Origin: Tissierellaceae bacterium
GTDB lineage: Bacteria > Bacillota > Clostridia > Tissierellales > Tissierellaceae
Direction of reading: 5' to 3'
Assembly (NCBI GenBank): GCA_031460505.1
Contig: JAVKTT010000004.1
Span: 118,197 to 182,196, forward strand
Length of the DNA: 64,000 bases
Shown here piece after piece: positions 9,740 through 19,419 of the stretch (position 1 is its first letter; each line of letters begins with the position of its first letter). The translations under genes were made by a program, and so were the position numbers. The notes under the pieces are model-generated. The model saw only the letters and a list, made by a program, of their open reading frames with translations, had not been told where the DNA came from and did no database searches.

Positions 9740-10633
9740 TTAATATAATTTTGAATGTTCTGGTTGCCACAGTAACTTTCCATCAGAAGAATATATGTAC
9801 TCATCTTCAAACCATGGTTCTCTTTGCATATTAGATCCCCCTGTCCAAGTATCTACAGTATAGTGATGTTCAAGTCCTAAACTATCAGTTGCAATTACTA
9901 ACATTGTACATATTTCTCCATCGCCTAAAGAAATCTTTTTATCTACTTCATAACCTGTATAAAGTACATTATTTGGTATAATTTCCTCAGAGATTGTCTT
10001 GTCATCTACTTTAACAATTAGGGCTATCTTAGTAAACTTTATATCTCCCTTTGCTTCTTTAATTTCTGCACTTAGACTTCCTTTCCTAGAATATGTATCG
10101 CCACCATAACTTGCCGTACCAAGGAGTCTTGGATACATAGTTGGAAAAACCTCACTCTTTATATCCCATATACCAATTTGTTTATCCTCCATGGTTTTCT
10201 TAACACCATTATCATCAATTACAATTATAGGTAATGCATCAGAAAAAATACTACGGTGTACTGTAGCTGTAAAACTTGTATCCGTCTTATCCATTGGGAA
10301 TAATTTCCCATCAAATTCAAGATTTACTATTGTATTTTCGCTAACTTCTTTAGGTATAAGATTAAAAGTAATAGGCACAGTAAGACTATCACCATTAACA
10401 GTTCCTATATCCGTAGTACTAATTTCAATAAGGCTTTCTTTTCTATTTAACATATCATCCACATTTGAGTAAATAGCATTCATATCATTTCTAATTTCAT
10501 TACTTAAATTATTCATTTGATGTTTTGTATATTCTGTTTCGCTCTCTATTCTATTGATCTTTAATATTAAAGTAAATTGGGATATCATAAGTATTGCAAT
10601 TAGTAAATATAATCCGTTCTTCTTCAAATCCAT
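9740..10633 (-). CDS. Membrane-anchored hypothetical protein (N-terminal TM, coiled segment, beta-rich ectodomain)
   Basis: The 297-aa ORF has a hydrophobic N-terminus (LYLLIAILMISQF). No family recognised. The true start may be the TTG two codons in. Confidence 0.45.
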   Translation of the reverse strand: MDLKKNGLYLLIAILMISQFTLILKINRIESETEYTKHQMNNLSNEIRNDMNAIYSNVDDMLNRKESLIEISTTDIGTVNGDSLTVPITFNLIPKEVSENTIVNLEFDGKLFPMDKTDTSFTATVHRSIFSDALPIIVIDDNGVKKTMEDKQIGIWDIKSEVFPTMYPRLLGTASYGGDTYSRKGSLSAEIKEAKGDIKFTKIALIVKVDDKTISEEIIPNNVLYTGYEVDKKISLGDGEICTMLVIATDSLGLEHHYTVDTWTGGSNMQREPWFEDEYIYSSDGKLLWQPEHSKLY

Positions 10634-10671
10634 TCCCCCATTTATACTAGTAAATATTTATTTAGAAATCA

Positions 10672-10983
10672 TCAATTACCTACCTTAATACTTTGTACAA
10701 ATTCTGCATTAATAATTTCTATGCCTTTTTTTGTTTCAACCTCTATCCAATTTTCATTTACATCTATTATTTTCCCTACTACATTTGTACCAAATGACCC
10801 TGTAGAGATTCTACAATCTCTTCCTACATATTTTTTAATTACATCATTCGTCATAATTATACGCCCCTTTATATTTTTCTTTTTTTGAATTACAGCTCTT
10901 TGAATTAGTCGCTGTTCTGGTAGTAGCACAAATATTATTATAAAAATAGGCATGTATATAGTTATCCATGCTGATGAATTCAA
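10672..10983 (-). CDS. Small hypothetical protein with an N-terminal TM helix
   Basis: TTG start at 10983 preceded by AAGAGGTGA. An alternative internal ATG at 10854 also has an SD (AAAGGGG). Confidence 0.4.
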   Translation of the reverse strand: MNSSAWITIYMPIFIIIFVLLPEQRLIQRAVIQKKKNIKGRIIMTNDVIKKYVGRDCRISTGSFGTNVVGKIIDVNENWIEVETKKGIEIINAEFVQSIKVGN

Positions 10984-11021
10984 GCAAACATCACCTCTTA
11001 AAAATTATTAATGAAATATTT

Positions 11022-11098
11022 AACTTAATCTATTACCTTAACCCTACGAATCTGCATTTTTAAAGCTTTTACACCTAAGGTTAAACTTTAACTTTAAG
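11022..11098. repeat. 77-bp intergenic repeat, copy A (3' of a GNAT gene)
   Basis: Aligns without gaps and at high identity (by eye) to 21490-21566. Contains the near-perfect AT-rich palindrome cctaaggttaaactttaactttaag. Confidence 0.8.
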
Positions 11099-11113
11099 TA
11101 TAAGTATAAGTCT

Positions 11114-12091
11114 TTACTTATCTATCAATAAAGTCTTAACCATAATTAAGCAAGGATTCCATTCATCCCATAATGTTGGAAATACTTCAAGTTTAGAAAA
11201 GCCAACGCTTTTATAAAAGGATATTGTTTGATCATATTCTTTATAATGTCCTTCATCTACTGTCTTTACTTGAAGATATTTATATTTAATCATTGCATAT
11301 TGTTCCAAGGCATTATATAGTTTCTTGCCAATACCTTTTCTATGATATTCTTTTTTAACTCCCATGCAGTGCAATTCTGCAGTATCTATACTACTTTCTT
11401 TCAAGGTAATAAATCCAATAATTTCTTCATCCTTTTTTGCTACCCATAAAGGTAGATTTCTTGAGTCTTGGATATATGACTTAGTACTTTCAGGAAGACC
11501 AAACCATTCTGGCAGCCCTAATAGAGTCTCAGACACAATCCTTACCTTCTCATCTGGACTATCTACTTTAGAAACAATAAAATCATCTTTTGCATTAGAA
11601 TTTAGTCCTACTGCATATATGCGTGAACTTTCTCCCCATGGATGATAGCCAGTTCCAATATATTGAAATCCATATTTCTCGTAATATCCAATGTGATCGG
11701 TGCATAGATAGAGGTGAGGGAAATTGCTTTTTTTAGAATCTATCTTCGCCTTTTCTAATAGTAGAGAACCATAGCCATTTCCTCTGTACTGTTCCTCAAT
11801 GTATAAGGCACAAACCCAAGGATATAAATCCATACGACTAATAAAATCATTTGTTATCAGACCTGCACACCCAATTATTTTATCTTTATCCATTAACAGA
11901 TACCATTGAGGTAATAAACTGGTAGTAGTTACACAGTTTGTGATGCAGTCTTCGTAGACTTTCATACTATTCTCCGATGCCCACTTACTTTGAAAATATT
12001 TAATTGCTCTATCTTTATATTCAGGAGATTCTTTTACAGATATAATTTCTATTAAAAGACCAATTCTAGAATCCTCGCAAGTTTTATTCAT
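11114..12091 (-). CDS. Two-domain GNAT family N-acetyltransferase
   Basis: Two acetyl-CoA binding motifs: YRGNGYGSLLLEKA and YHRKGIGKKLYNAL (Q/RxxGxG/A type). Confidence 0.75.
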   Translation of the reverse strand: MNKTCEDSRIGLLIEIISVKESPEYKDRAIKYFQSKWASENSMKVYEDCITNCVTTTSLLPQWYLLMDKDKIIGCAGLITNDFISRMDLYPWVCALYIEEQYRGNGYGSLLLEKAKIDSKKSNFPHLYLCTDHIGYYEKYGFQYIGTGYHPWGESSRIYAVGLNSNAKDDFIVSKVDSPDEKVRIVSETLLGLPEWFGLPESTKSYIQDSRNLPLWVAKKDEEIIGFITLKESSIDTAELHCMGVKKEYHRKGIGKKLYNALEQYAMIKYKYLQVKTVDEGHYKEYDQTISFYKSVGFSKLEVFPTLWDEWNPCLIMVKTLLIDK

Positions 12092-12153
12092 AATCCTTAC
12101 CTCTCTAAATTCTATTCATTTTTGTATTGTATATATTTTTTATTACTTCACAT

Positions 12154-12339
12154 TTATCTATAGTTTGTGTTAATTACCGGTTTACCATCTTTATCTAATA
12201 AAGGTGTTACCCCTCCAGCATATCCAGACCAACTGAATAAATAGTGTACTCCTGTATCTTTGTCTACTATAATCTTACATCCTGATGATCTTTCATTGTA
12301 AATAACCTCAAATCTTTTATCAGACTTATTACCAAACAT
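12154..12339 (-). CDS. Small conserved hypothetical protein (DUF6440-like)
   Basis: Start moved to the ATG after AGGAGG (MFGNKSDKRFEV...). The VDKDTGVHYLF...GGVTPLLDKDGKP pattern is recalled from DUF6440-type proteins. Family call is tentative. Confidence 0.4.
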   Translation of the reverse strand: MFGNKSDKRFEVIYNERSSGCKIIVDKDTGVHYLFSWSGYAGGVTPLLDKDGKPVINTNYR

Positions 12340-12392
12340 ATACATTCCTCCTAAATAATTTATTTTATTGCTTTCCAACTATAACTTTAAAT

Positions 12393-13022
12393 TTAGAATA
12401 ACTTCATCTGTTCAAAGGGTTCCTCTTTTTCTACTCTTTCAATTTTAAGTTCATGGCTCATATTTAATTTGACTATTTCATCGATAGTTCTTTGCGTAGT
12501 ACTATTATCCAGCCAATAATCCAGTGTTTCATTTTCTATTATAAGAGGCATTCTAGGGTGTAAATCTTTCATATATTTATTGGATTCAGTTGTAATTATT
12601 ACAAAGGATAGGTCTTTATTTCCCTTTTCGTCTGCAACTAATTTAACTATTCCCCCTAAGGAAAGAATTTTCTCCTCAGGTAAATATATTTCATGCTTTG
12701 CTTTCCTCTTATTTCCTTCATCCTTCCACTCATAAAACAGATTCGCAGGGACAATACATCTTGAACTAAGAAAGGATTGCATAAACATAGATTTTGTACC
12801 TATAGACTCGCTTCTTGCATTAATAACAAGCTTACTATTTCCGCTGAAAGGGAATCCCCATTTTGATAATTTTAAAGTTCTACCCTTATCATCCATAACA
12901 ATTGGTGCATTTTGAGATGGGTATATGTCACCTTTCTTAAAATCCGTAGCCTCTCTCTTTAATATTTTGTATTGTTTAATTATTTCTTCCACATCACTAT
13001 CAAGCATAAATCTTCCGCACAT
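12393..13022 (-). CDS. SOS response-associated peptidase (SRAP/YedK family, abasic-site processing)
   Basis: Begins MCGRF (catalytic Cys2), 209 aa, SD GAAGGAGG. Confidence 0.85.
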   Translation of the reverse strand: MCGRFMLDSDVEEIIKQYKILKREATDFKKGDIYPSQNAPIVMDDKGRTLKLSKWGFPFSGNSKLVINARSESIGTKSMFMQSFLSSRCIVPANLFYEWKDEGNKRKAKHEIYLPEEKILSLGGIVKLVADEKGNKDLSFVIITTESNKYMKDLHPRMPLIIENETLDYWLDNSTTQRTIDEIVKLNMSHELKIERVEKEEPFEQMKLF

Positions 13023-13133
13023 ATTAACCTCCTTCTCAGTATTAGATATATGGTAATATTCCTCACTACGTTCAGAATGAGATGCAAGGCCACTTTTGAT
13101 ATATCTAATTTTAAAATTAAGGCAAAGTATTGC

Positions 13134-14309
13134 CTAGGATTCATCAATCCTCTCTTTCATCCAATCACCAAGCATTAGCTCCATTTCAGCCTCTCCTTTG
13201 ATTGGAAAATTATCATATAGATCTTTAAGCTTTTCATAATATTCTAAGGCTTTTGTTTTATCTTCATTGTAGAAAGCTTCATAGGCCATTTGTAGTCTAA
13301 TTTTACTCATCATAAACTTTGATGCTTTAATATATTTTTTTAGGTTCTTATTATATAATCTATCGATAAGATTTTTGTTACATTCTCCTATAAGTTCTAA
13401 AAAAATCCGCTCGCTGTTGATTTCATATGTATATAAGGGAACTAATTCATTAATATGTGGAACTAAGGAGTCCATAACTCTAGTAGCATTTTCAAAATCC
13501 ATATTATCAAGATACCAAGTATACTCCAATAACTTTATACCTGTGTTAAGTGGATTAGATACATCTGCGCCTTCTTTTAATTCAAACAAATTATAATCCA
13601 TATCTTTAATTCTAATACCTTTACTTAGTAAACCATTTACTCTTAATTGGAGATAAAACCCAGTCTTAGCTTCATCATCCTTTAGCATAGACTTTACATT
13701 ATATGCATCATTTGGTAACCCAGAAATTTTAAAAGGTATTCCATTTGTTAATGCTGCCACGATACCTGCTAATCCAAATAGTAGGAGTATAGTGTTAAGT
13801 GGAAATTTTATATCTTTAATTAATATTAGGGATATTATACTTATCCCAGATGCTATTAAATTCATGAAAACTCCACCAAAATTATAGATTACAAAGGGAT
13901 ATTTATCATTTTCCAACTCTGGAGGCATCATAAGGCATTGACCAGCTGTACCGGGTATATTGTACTTTTTAAATTTATATTTTCCATCTTCTTTTATTAT
14001 TGTAAGTGATCCTACTCTAAATGATACAAATGTATATCCTGTGGCTAAGCCAAAGATTAGGTGCCCTGCTTCATGTATTATTATTTGAACCAAATAAGAG
14101 ATAATGAATATTGCAATTAGGAAAAAATCCTTAAATATTCCTGAAAATAAGCTCTTGTTACCACTATTAGGAATCATTTTATCTATTACCCTAGCTGATA
14201 AAAATCCTAACACAAATCCCAACATTAAACATACAATAATAAATGTAGCTATTCTTAACGAACTTTTGATAAATTTTTTCTTGTTTTTATGTTTGCTTTT
14301 AGTATTTAT
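13134..14309 (-). CDS. Polytopic membrane zinc-metalloprotease-like protein (HExxH), probably starting at ATA
   Basis: IIHEAGHLIFG motif lies in a TM region. The track start (ATG 14225) has no SD and falls inside a TM helix. The frame is open 28 codons further to ATA (14307-14309), 6 nt after AGGAGGG (14316-14322). Confidence 0.55.
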   Translation of the reverse strand: MNTKSKHKNKKKFIKSSLRIATFIIVCLMLGFVLGFLSARVIDKMIPNSGNKSLFSGIFKDFFLIAIFIISYLVQIIIHEAGHLIFGLATGYTFVSFRVGSLTIIKEDGKYKFKKYNIPGTAGQCLMMPPELENDKYPFVIYNFGGVFMNLIASGISIISLILIKDIKFPLNTILLLFGLAGIVAALTNGIPFKISGLPNDAYNVKSMLKDDEAKTGFYLQLRVNGLLSKGIRIKDMDYNLFELKEGADVSNPLNTGIKLLEYTWYLDNMDFENATRVMDSLVPHINELVPLYTYEINSERIFLELIGECNKNLIDRLYNKNLKKYIKASKFMMSKIRLQMAYEAFYNEDKTKALEYYEKLKDLYDNFPIKGEAEMELMLGDWMKERIDES

Positions 14310-14418
14310 TTTTAACCCTCCTACGCCTATGTTACAAAAATGTTTTCATGGCTATTATCTATTTCGATTATACCAAATATTACCTATAAATTCTTTCATT
14401 AATCATCACTCGATAAGC

Positions 14419-15288
14419 TTAAACGTCCATTAACTTTTGATAAAAGGATTTGTTTTTTGCTTTCATAAGGCTATTATTAGGATAGATAAAATAGAGTGGT
14501 CGCTGAATATTATAATTTTGAATTGTAAGAAAGCATAATTCTCCACTTTCTACTTCTTGTTTTGCAACTTCTTCGTACATAAAAGAAATTGCATCTGAAT
14601 TACTTAGCATTTTCTTAATAATTTTAAAACTACTAATCTCATAAATTTTAGAAACCGAAAGCAAAGAATCATTGTTTTGATATAAATAGCTTTCATATAT
14701 TTCTCTAGTTCCAGAGCCTTCTTCCCTTAAAATTAAAGGATAATTATGTATTTCTGCTATTGTAGTTTCTTTTCCTTCTAATGGATGTCCTTTTCTTGCT
14801 ACTGGAAGAAATCTTGTTTTACTAAACTCGTTATGATGAAACAGTGATTTGTCAAATATTCCCTCAATAAAGGCACAGTATAATTCATTATTTAATAACA
14901 TTTCTATGATCGATTTTGTATTTTTAACAGTCACTGAAATAATATCATCATATTTGCTTAAATATGAGCTCAAATAAGATGGTAAATAATAATCGGCTAT
15001 GGACAGTGTAGCACCAATCTTAATAGGTGTTTCTGCTTTTTTGATTTGATCTATTAGTTGTTTTTCATTTGCAATTTGAAAGTTTGCATAATGATATAAA
15101 GCTTCGCCTTGTGCAGTTAGATTTATTGATTTCCCATTTATATCGATTAATGTGCATCCATAGTTCTCTTCTAGTTTTTTTATATGTTGAGTAACAGCTG
15201 GTTGAGTCAAATTTAATTCTGCTGCTGCCTTTGTATAATTCTTAAGTTGTGCAACCTTTAAAAATGTAAAGATCTTGTTATCTAACAT
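14419..15288 (-). CDS. LysR family transcriptional regulator
   Basis: N-terminal wHTH FLKVAQLKNYTKAAAELNLTQPAVTQHIKKLE. Divergent from the yeiH-like gene. Confidence 0.85.
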   Translation of the reverse strand: MLDNKIFTFLKVAQLKNYTKAAAELNLTQPAVTQHIKKLEENYGCTLIDINGKSINLTAQGEALYHYANFQIANEKQLIDQIKKAETPIKIGATLSIADYYLPSYLSSYLSKYDDIISVTVKNTKSIIEMLLNNELYCAFIEGIFDKSLFHHNEFSKTRFLPVARKGHPLEGKETTIAEIHNYPLILREEGSGTREIYESYLYQNNDSLLSVSKIYEISSFKIIKKMLSNSDAISFMYEEVAKQEVESGELCFLTIQNYNIQRPLYFIYPNNSLMKAKNKSFYQKLMDV

Positions 15289-15434
15289 ATTTACCTCCCC
15301 TTTGAAAATTCAATATTTATTTTATAATCTAATACTTATATCATAACATATTTTTATGATTGATAACTATTCATAATTTGATTTTATCATCTATATCATG
15401 TAAAATCATCCTTGAAGACTAAAGGAGGTAACAC

Positions 15435-16454
15435 ATGAAAAAAACACTAACTTATTTACCCGGAATTTTTATAGCATTAATAATTGCTTTTCTTGCAAGA
15501 TTCTTAGAATCTTTACTGCCTCTCCCACTAATAGGTGATTCAGTTATTGCATTATTTTTAGGAATGGCAATTAATCACTATAAGAAACCAAGCAATATGA
15601 TTGAAAAAGGTTTGAAGTTTACGTCGAAAAAAATACTAAAGTTTTCAATCATTTTATTAGGTGCTTCATTAAGCATTGGTACTATTCTTAATGTTGGACG
15701 TTTATCCCTAACAGTAATGGTATTTACACTTTTAACTTGCTTTGGAGGAGGCTATTTTGTTGGAAAGGCTCTTGGCTTAGATTGGAAGCTTTCAAATTTA
15801 ATCTCAGCTGGAACAGGTATCTGTGGTGGATCTGCTATTGCTGCAATGGCACCTGTTATTGAGGCTGAAGATAAGGATGTTGCTTATGCAATATCAGCTA
15901 CCTTTATATTTGATATGGCAATGATAGTATTGTTCCCTATAATGGGTCGTGCTATGGGGTTAAGTGATATGGCATATGGCTTATGGACTGGTACAGCAGT
16001 AAATGATACTTCAAGTGTAGTAGCTGCTGGGTATGCATTTAGTGAAGCTGCAGGAGATTTTGCTACTATGGTAAAACTAACTCGTACACTTTCAATTATA
16101 CCAACTGTTTTGATTTTCTCTATAATTAACGCAAAGTTAAAGAAAAAAGCATCTATAGAAGATGGTTCAGAAGTTCAAGACATCTCAATCACATCATTGT
16201 TTCCATGGTTTATATTAGCATTTGTTGCAATGGCTATCATCAATAGTTTAGGATTTATACCTGCAACAGTTTCTAGTATTATGAAAACTCTGAGCAAATT
16301 TTTAATGGTGGCTGCCTTAGCTGCAATAGGTATGACTACTGACTTTGGTGAAATGAAGAAATCTGGTATCAATCCTATGATTCATGGTTTAATAGTTTCT
16401 GTGCTAGTAGTAATTGTTGCTTTAGTAGTAGAATATTATATGGGATTAATTTAA
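15435..16454 (+). CDS. yeiH: YeiH/UPF0324 family putative sulfate exporter membrane protein
   Basis: 339-aa polytopic protein with GICGGSAIAA motif. Classic divergent pairing with a LysR (YeiE-like) regulator. Confidence 0.75.
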   Translation: MKKTLTYLPGIFIALIIAFLARFLESLLPLPLIGDSVIALFLGMAINHYKKPSNMIEKGLKFTSKKILKFSIILLGASLSIGTILNVGRLSLTVMVFTLLTCFGGGYFVGKALGLDWKLSNLISAGTGICGGSAIAAMAPVIEAEDKDVAYAISATFIFDMAMIVLFPIMGRAMGLSDMAYGLWTGTAVNDTSSVVAAGYAFSEAAGDFATMVKLTRTLSIIPTVLIFSIINAKLKKKASIEDGSEVQDISITSLFPWFILAFVAMAIINSLGFIPATVSSIMKTLSKFLMVAALAAIGMTTDFGEMKKSGINPMIHGLIVSVLVVIVALVVEYYMGLI

Positions 16455-16458
16455 TAAT

Positions 16459-16500
16459 AACCCTTGAAATAGGCTTATAAGCTATTTTCAAGGGTTTTGT
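16459..16500 (+). terminator. Hairpin terminator between convergent genes
   Basis: aacccttgaaata / tattttcaagggtt stem followed by TTTGT. Overlaps the stop of the minus-strand phosphoesterase gene. Confidence 0.55.
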
Positions 16501-17336
16501 AATGTAACTACTATCAATTCTGGTCGATTGAATATTCTTATTGGAATGATACTATTTCCTAAACCTCTACTTATGTAAATCGTTGAATTATCCATAGAGT
16601 GTGATCCACTTGTATATTTGGGTATTAAACCTTGATCTGGAGATATCAACCCTCCAAGACCAGGGATTCTAAACTGTCCTCCATGTGCATGACCTGAAAA
16701 TATAATATCTATATTTTCTTTTGAGTAAATATCAATTAAATTAGGTCTATGGGACAATAGAATTTGAAATACATTATCCTGCTTCATTTCATTTAGTTTT
16801 TTTGAAATATTCGATGTATCCAATCCATCCAAGTAGCCTGATGTGAGAAAAGCAGGATCAGTTACACCCAATATCTCTATCTTACTATTATGACGAGTTA
16901 TCTCTACTTTTGTATCATCAAGAACTTCTACCCCATATCTCGTTAATTCTTTTCGTATGTTTTCATATTTACCTGACCAAGCTTCATGATTGCCTGAGGC
17001 ATAATACACTGGAGCTATATCCATAGCTCCTTCTATGAAAGTCAGGGCTGTATCTAAATCATATTTTCTTCTATCGATAAGATCTCCTGTGACTACTATA
17101 ATATCGGGGGATGATTGGCTTATTTTCTTTAATATGTATTCTTGATTCTTACCAAAAGATTTATTGTGTAAATCTGAAACATGAACTATCTTAAATCTAT
17201 TGAATTCAATTGGTATCTTGATATTTCTATAACTATATTTAGATACTGTAATATGGTTATTTTGCCAATAGAAAAATAATAATAGTACAATGGTAAGGAA
17301 AAACACATGCTTTTTATTTAGTTTATTTAGTTTCAT
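16488..17336 (-). CDS. Membrane-anchored metallophosphoesterase (calcineurin-like)
   Basis: Motifs VSDLHN, GDLIDR, GNHE and GHAHGGQ, with an N-terminal TM segment. Confidence 0.8.
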   Translation of the reverse strand: MKLNKLNKKHVFFLTIVLLLFFYWQNNHITVSKYSYRNIKIPIEFNRFKIVHVSDLHNKSFGKNQEYILKKISQSSPDIIVVTGDLIDRRKYDLDTALTFIEGAMDIAPVYYASGNHEAWSGKYENIRKELTRYGVEVLDDTKVEITRHNSKIEILGVTDPAFLTSGYLDGLDTSNISKKLNEMKQDNVFQILLSHRPNLIDIYSKENIDIIFSGHAHGGQFRIPGLGGLISPDQGLIPKYTSGSHSMDNSTIYISRGLGNSIIPIRIFNRPELIVVTLQNP

Positions 17337-17496
17337 TTTGCTGCCCTTTCTTATATTAATCTAGAAAAATTATTATATATCTTCAATCATTATACCAAAT
17401 ATTTCTATCAAAATATTAATACTCTAGAAATTATCCTTAAAAAATACTATACTTAATAGGTAGATATATTTCAGAGCAGATTGTGAGGTTAATAAA

Positions 17497-18720
17497 ATGA
17501 AGAAAAAAGACGTCGCCGAATTAAAAAAGCGTTTAAAAAAAGAACAATGTACCTTTACAAGAATGTGTGGGTGTTTTGTCAATTCAGAGAAAAATATTAT
17601 TCTAGAATTCAAGGAAACATTCCTAAATTTAGATGAAGACGATTACTTTAGATACTTAGAAATTGCCAAGAAAGTCTTATCAGGCACAGTTGGAAACAAT
17701 ATATTGACTCTTGATTTTCCTAATGATGAAGATTCAAATAATAAACAGCTCTCCCTTATTCAATTAAAGAAGAGTAAACTGAAAAATGATGAGTTATTAA
17801 ATGATCTTTATAAATCAATTATTGATAATTATGAGTATCCTGAAAATTATTTGATTCTTGTCTTCCATGATGTGTACGATGTAATCACTAAGACCACAGA
17901 TAACCAAAAATTAGACGAGTCTGAAGAAGTTTTCGAATATGTGTTATGTGCTATATGCCCAATTTCACTTTCAGCACCTGGACTTAGTTATTTCGAAGAC
18001 GAGAATAGGATTAAATCTCGCCTTAGGGATTGGATAGTTGAAGCGCCAATTAATGGTTTTGTTTACCCTGCTTTTATAGACCGTAGTGCAGATGTTAACT
18101 CAATTATGTACTACACGAAAAACCCAAGAGACATTCATCCAGAATTAATGGAAAATGCATTAGGTTGTTTTGTTAGGGAGTCTTCTACTATTCAGAAAGA
18201 AAAGTTCCAACTTATTATAAATGATTCAATGGGTACTGAAGAAGAAGAAGCTAAAAAACTATATAGGGAGATTCAAGAAAACCTAAATTCTATAGTTGAA
18301 GAGCAAAAGTCAATGTCAGATGGTTTTGAAAGTCAACCTAGTAAATTAACAAAAAATATTTTGCATGATGTACTTTGGGAAAGTGGTATTCCTACAGACA
18401 ATGCTATGATGATTGAAGATTTATATGAAAAAAGTTTTAGCGATGAAATACCTGTAGTAGAAAACTTGATTGATGCAAAAATAATCAAAGAAAATGAGCA
18501 GCGAAAAAAAGAAAGAGAACTTGAAAAGCAAGTAGAATTTCTTAAAGTTAAACTTGAAGAAGTAGAGCTAAAGGACAATATTGATGGAGATTATGATATT
18601 GTCTTACAGGTTAAACCTGAAAAAATCGATGAAATCAAAAAACAAGTAATTGATGGACAAGAATATCTAGTTATTCCAGTAAATGAAAATGAAAAAGCTA
18701 CAATTAATGAAATAAAATAA
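17497..18720 (+). CDS. Conserved hypothetical protein (DUF4317-like)
   Basis: 407 aa. The N-terminus KKRLKKEQCTFTRMCGCFVNSEKNII resembles clostridial DUF4317 proteins, from memory and not searched. Confidence 0.45.
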   Translation: MKKKDVAELKKRLKKEQCTFTRMCGCFVNSEKNIILEFKETFLNLDEDDYFRYLEIAKKVLSGTVGNNILTLDFPNDEDSNNKQLSLIQLKKSKLKNDELLNDLYKSIIDNYEYPENYLILVFHDVYDVITKTTDNQKLDESEEVFEYVLCAICPISLSAPGLSYFEDENRIKSRLRDWIVEAPINGFVYPAFIDRSADVNSIMYYTKNPRDIHPELMENALGCFVRESSTIQKEKFQLIINDSMGTEEEEAKKLYREIQENLNSIVEEQKSMSDGFESQPSKLTKNILHDVLWESGIPTDNAMMIEDLYEKSFSDEIPVVENLIDAKIIKENEQRKKERELEKQVEFLKVKLEEVELKDNIDGDYDIVLQVKPEKIDEIKKQVIDGQEYLVIPVNENEKATINEIK

Positions 18721-18725
18721 AAAAA

Positions 18726-18769
18726 CTACCCTATGAGTGCTAGTCGTAATTTTGCATTCATAGGGTAGT
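18726..18769. terminator. Bidirectional hairpin between convergent genes
   Basis: ctaccctatga / tcatagggtag 11-bp stem flanked by an A-run (left) and T-containing sequence (right). Confidence 0.5.
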
Positions 18770-18778
18770 CTAGTATTA

Positions 18779-19297
18779 CTAATTTTTGTCATCAAACCTT
18801 ATAGCTAATGTATCTAGTGCATCATCAGTTACTCTGTATACTGTCCACTCGTCCATTGGTACTGCACCCATTTGCTTGTAAAATTCAATTGACGACTTAT
18901 TCCAATCCAAGCACCACCATTCTAATCTTCCACACTTCCTTTCAAGTGACAATTTAGCAAGGTAGGATAGAATGATTTTGCCCATACCTTTTCCTCTCAT
19001 TTCAGGTTTTACATATAGGTCTTCTAAATAAATACCTGGTTTACCAAGGAAGGTAGAAAAATTGTGAAAGAATAATGCAAAAGCTACTGGTTCATTTTTG
19101 TATTCACCAATGATAACCTCAGCAATTTTTCTTTCAAATATAGATTCTACTAAATCTTCTTCAGTTGCTACAACTTCATCCAACATTTTCTCATAATCAG
19201 CCAGTTCTTTTATAAAGTCTAAGATTAATGAAACATCTTTTATTTCTGCAAATCTTAACTTGAAATCTTCTAATTTCGTATCTATTAACACTTTCAT
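18779..19297 (-). CDS. GNAT family N-acetyltransferase (diamine acetyltransferase-like)
   Basis: RGKGMGKIILSYLAK acetyl-CoA motif. Start taken at the internal MKVLIDTK after GGAGGT. The GTG two codons later is also possible. Confidence 0.75.
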   Translation of the reverse strand: MKVLIDTKLEDFKLRFAEIKDVSLILDFIKELADYEKMLDEVVATEEDLVESIFERKIAEVIIGEYKNEPVAFALFFHNFSTFLGKPGIYLEDLYVKPEMRGKGMGKIILSYLAKLSLERKCGRLEWWCLDWNKSSIEFYKQMGAVPMDEWTVYRVTDDALDTLAIRFDDKN

Positions 19298-19419
19298 ACC
19301 TCCATAAAACCAAAATTTAAATATAATTATATCATAAAGGGAAGTGTTTAATCTCATATTCTATTAGCCTTATAACTAAAAATCGTAACCCTAAATTTTA
19401 GAATTACGATCTTTAAAAA

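Noticed and set aside
13023-13133. A possible LexA (Cheo) box upstream of the SRAP peptidase gene, at cattctGAACgtagtgagg.
   Set aside because: Only one half-site (GAAC) is present, and the second half is TGAG rather than GTTC. That is not enough to call an SOS operator.
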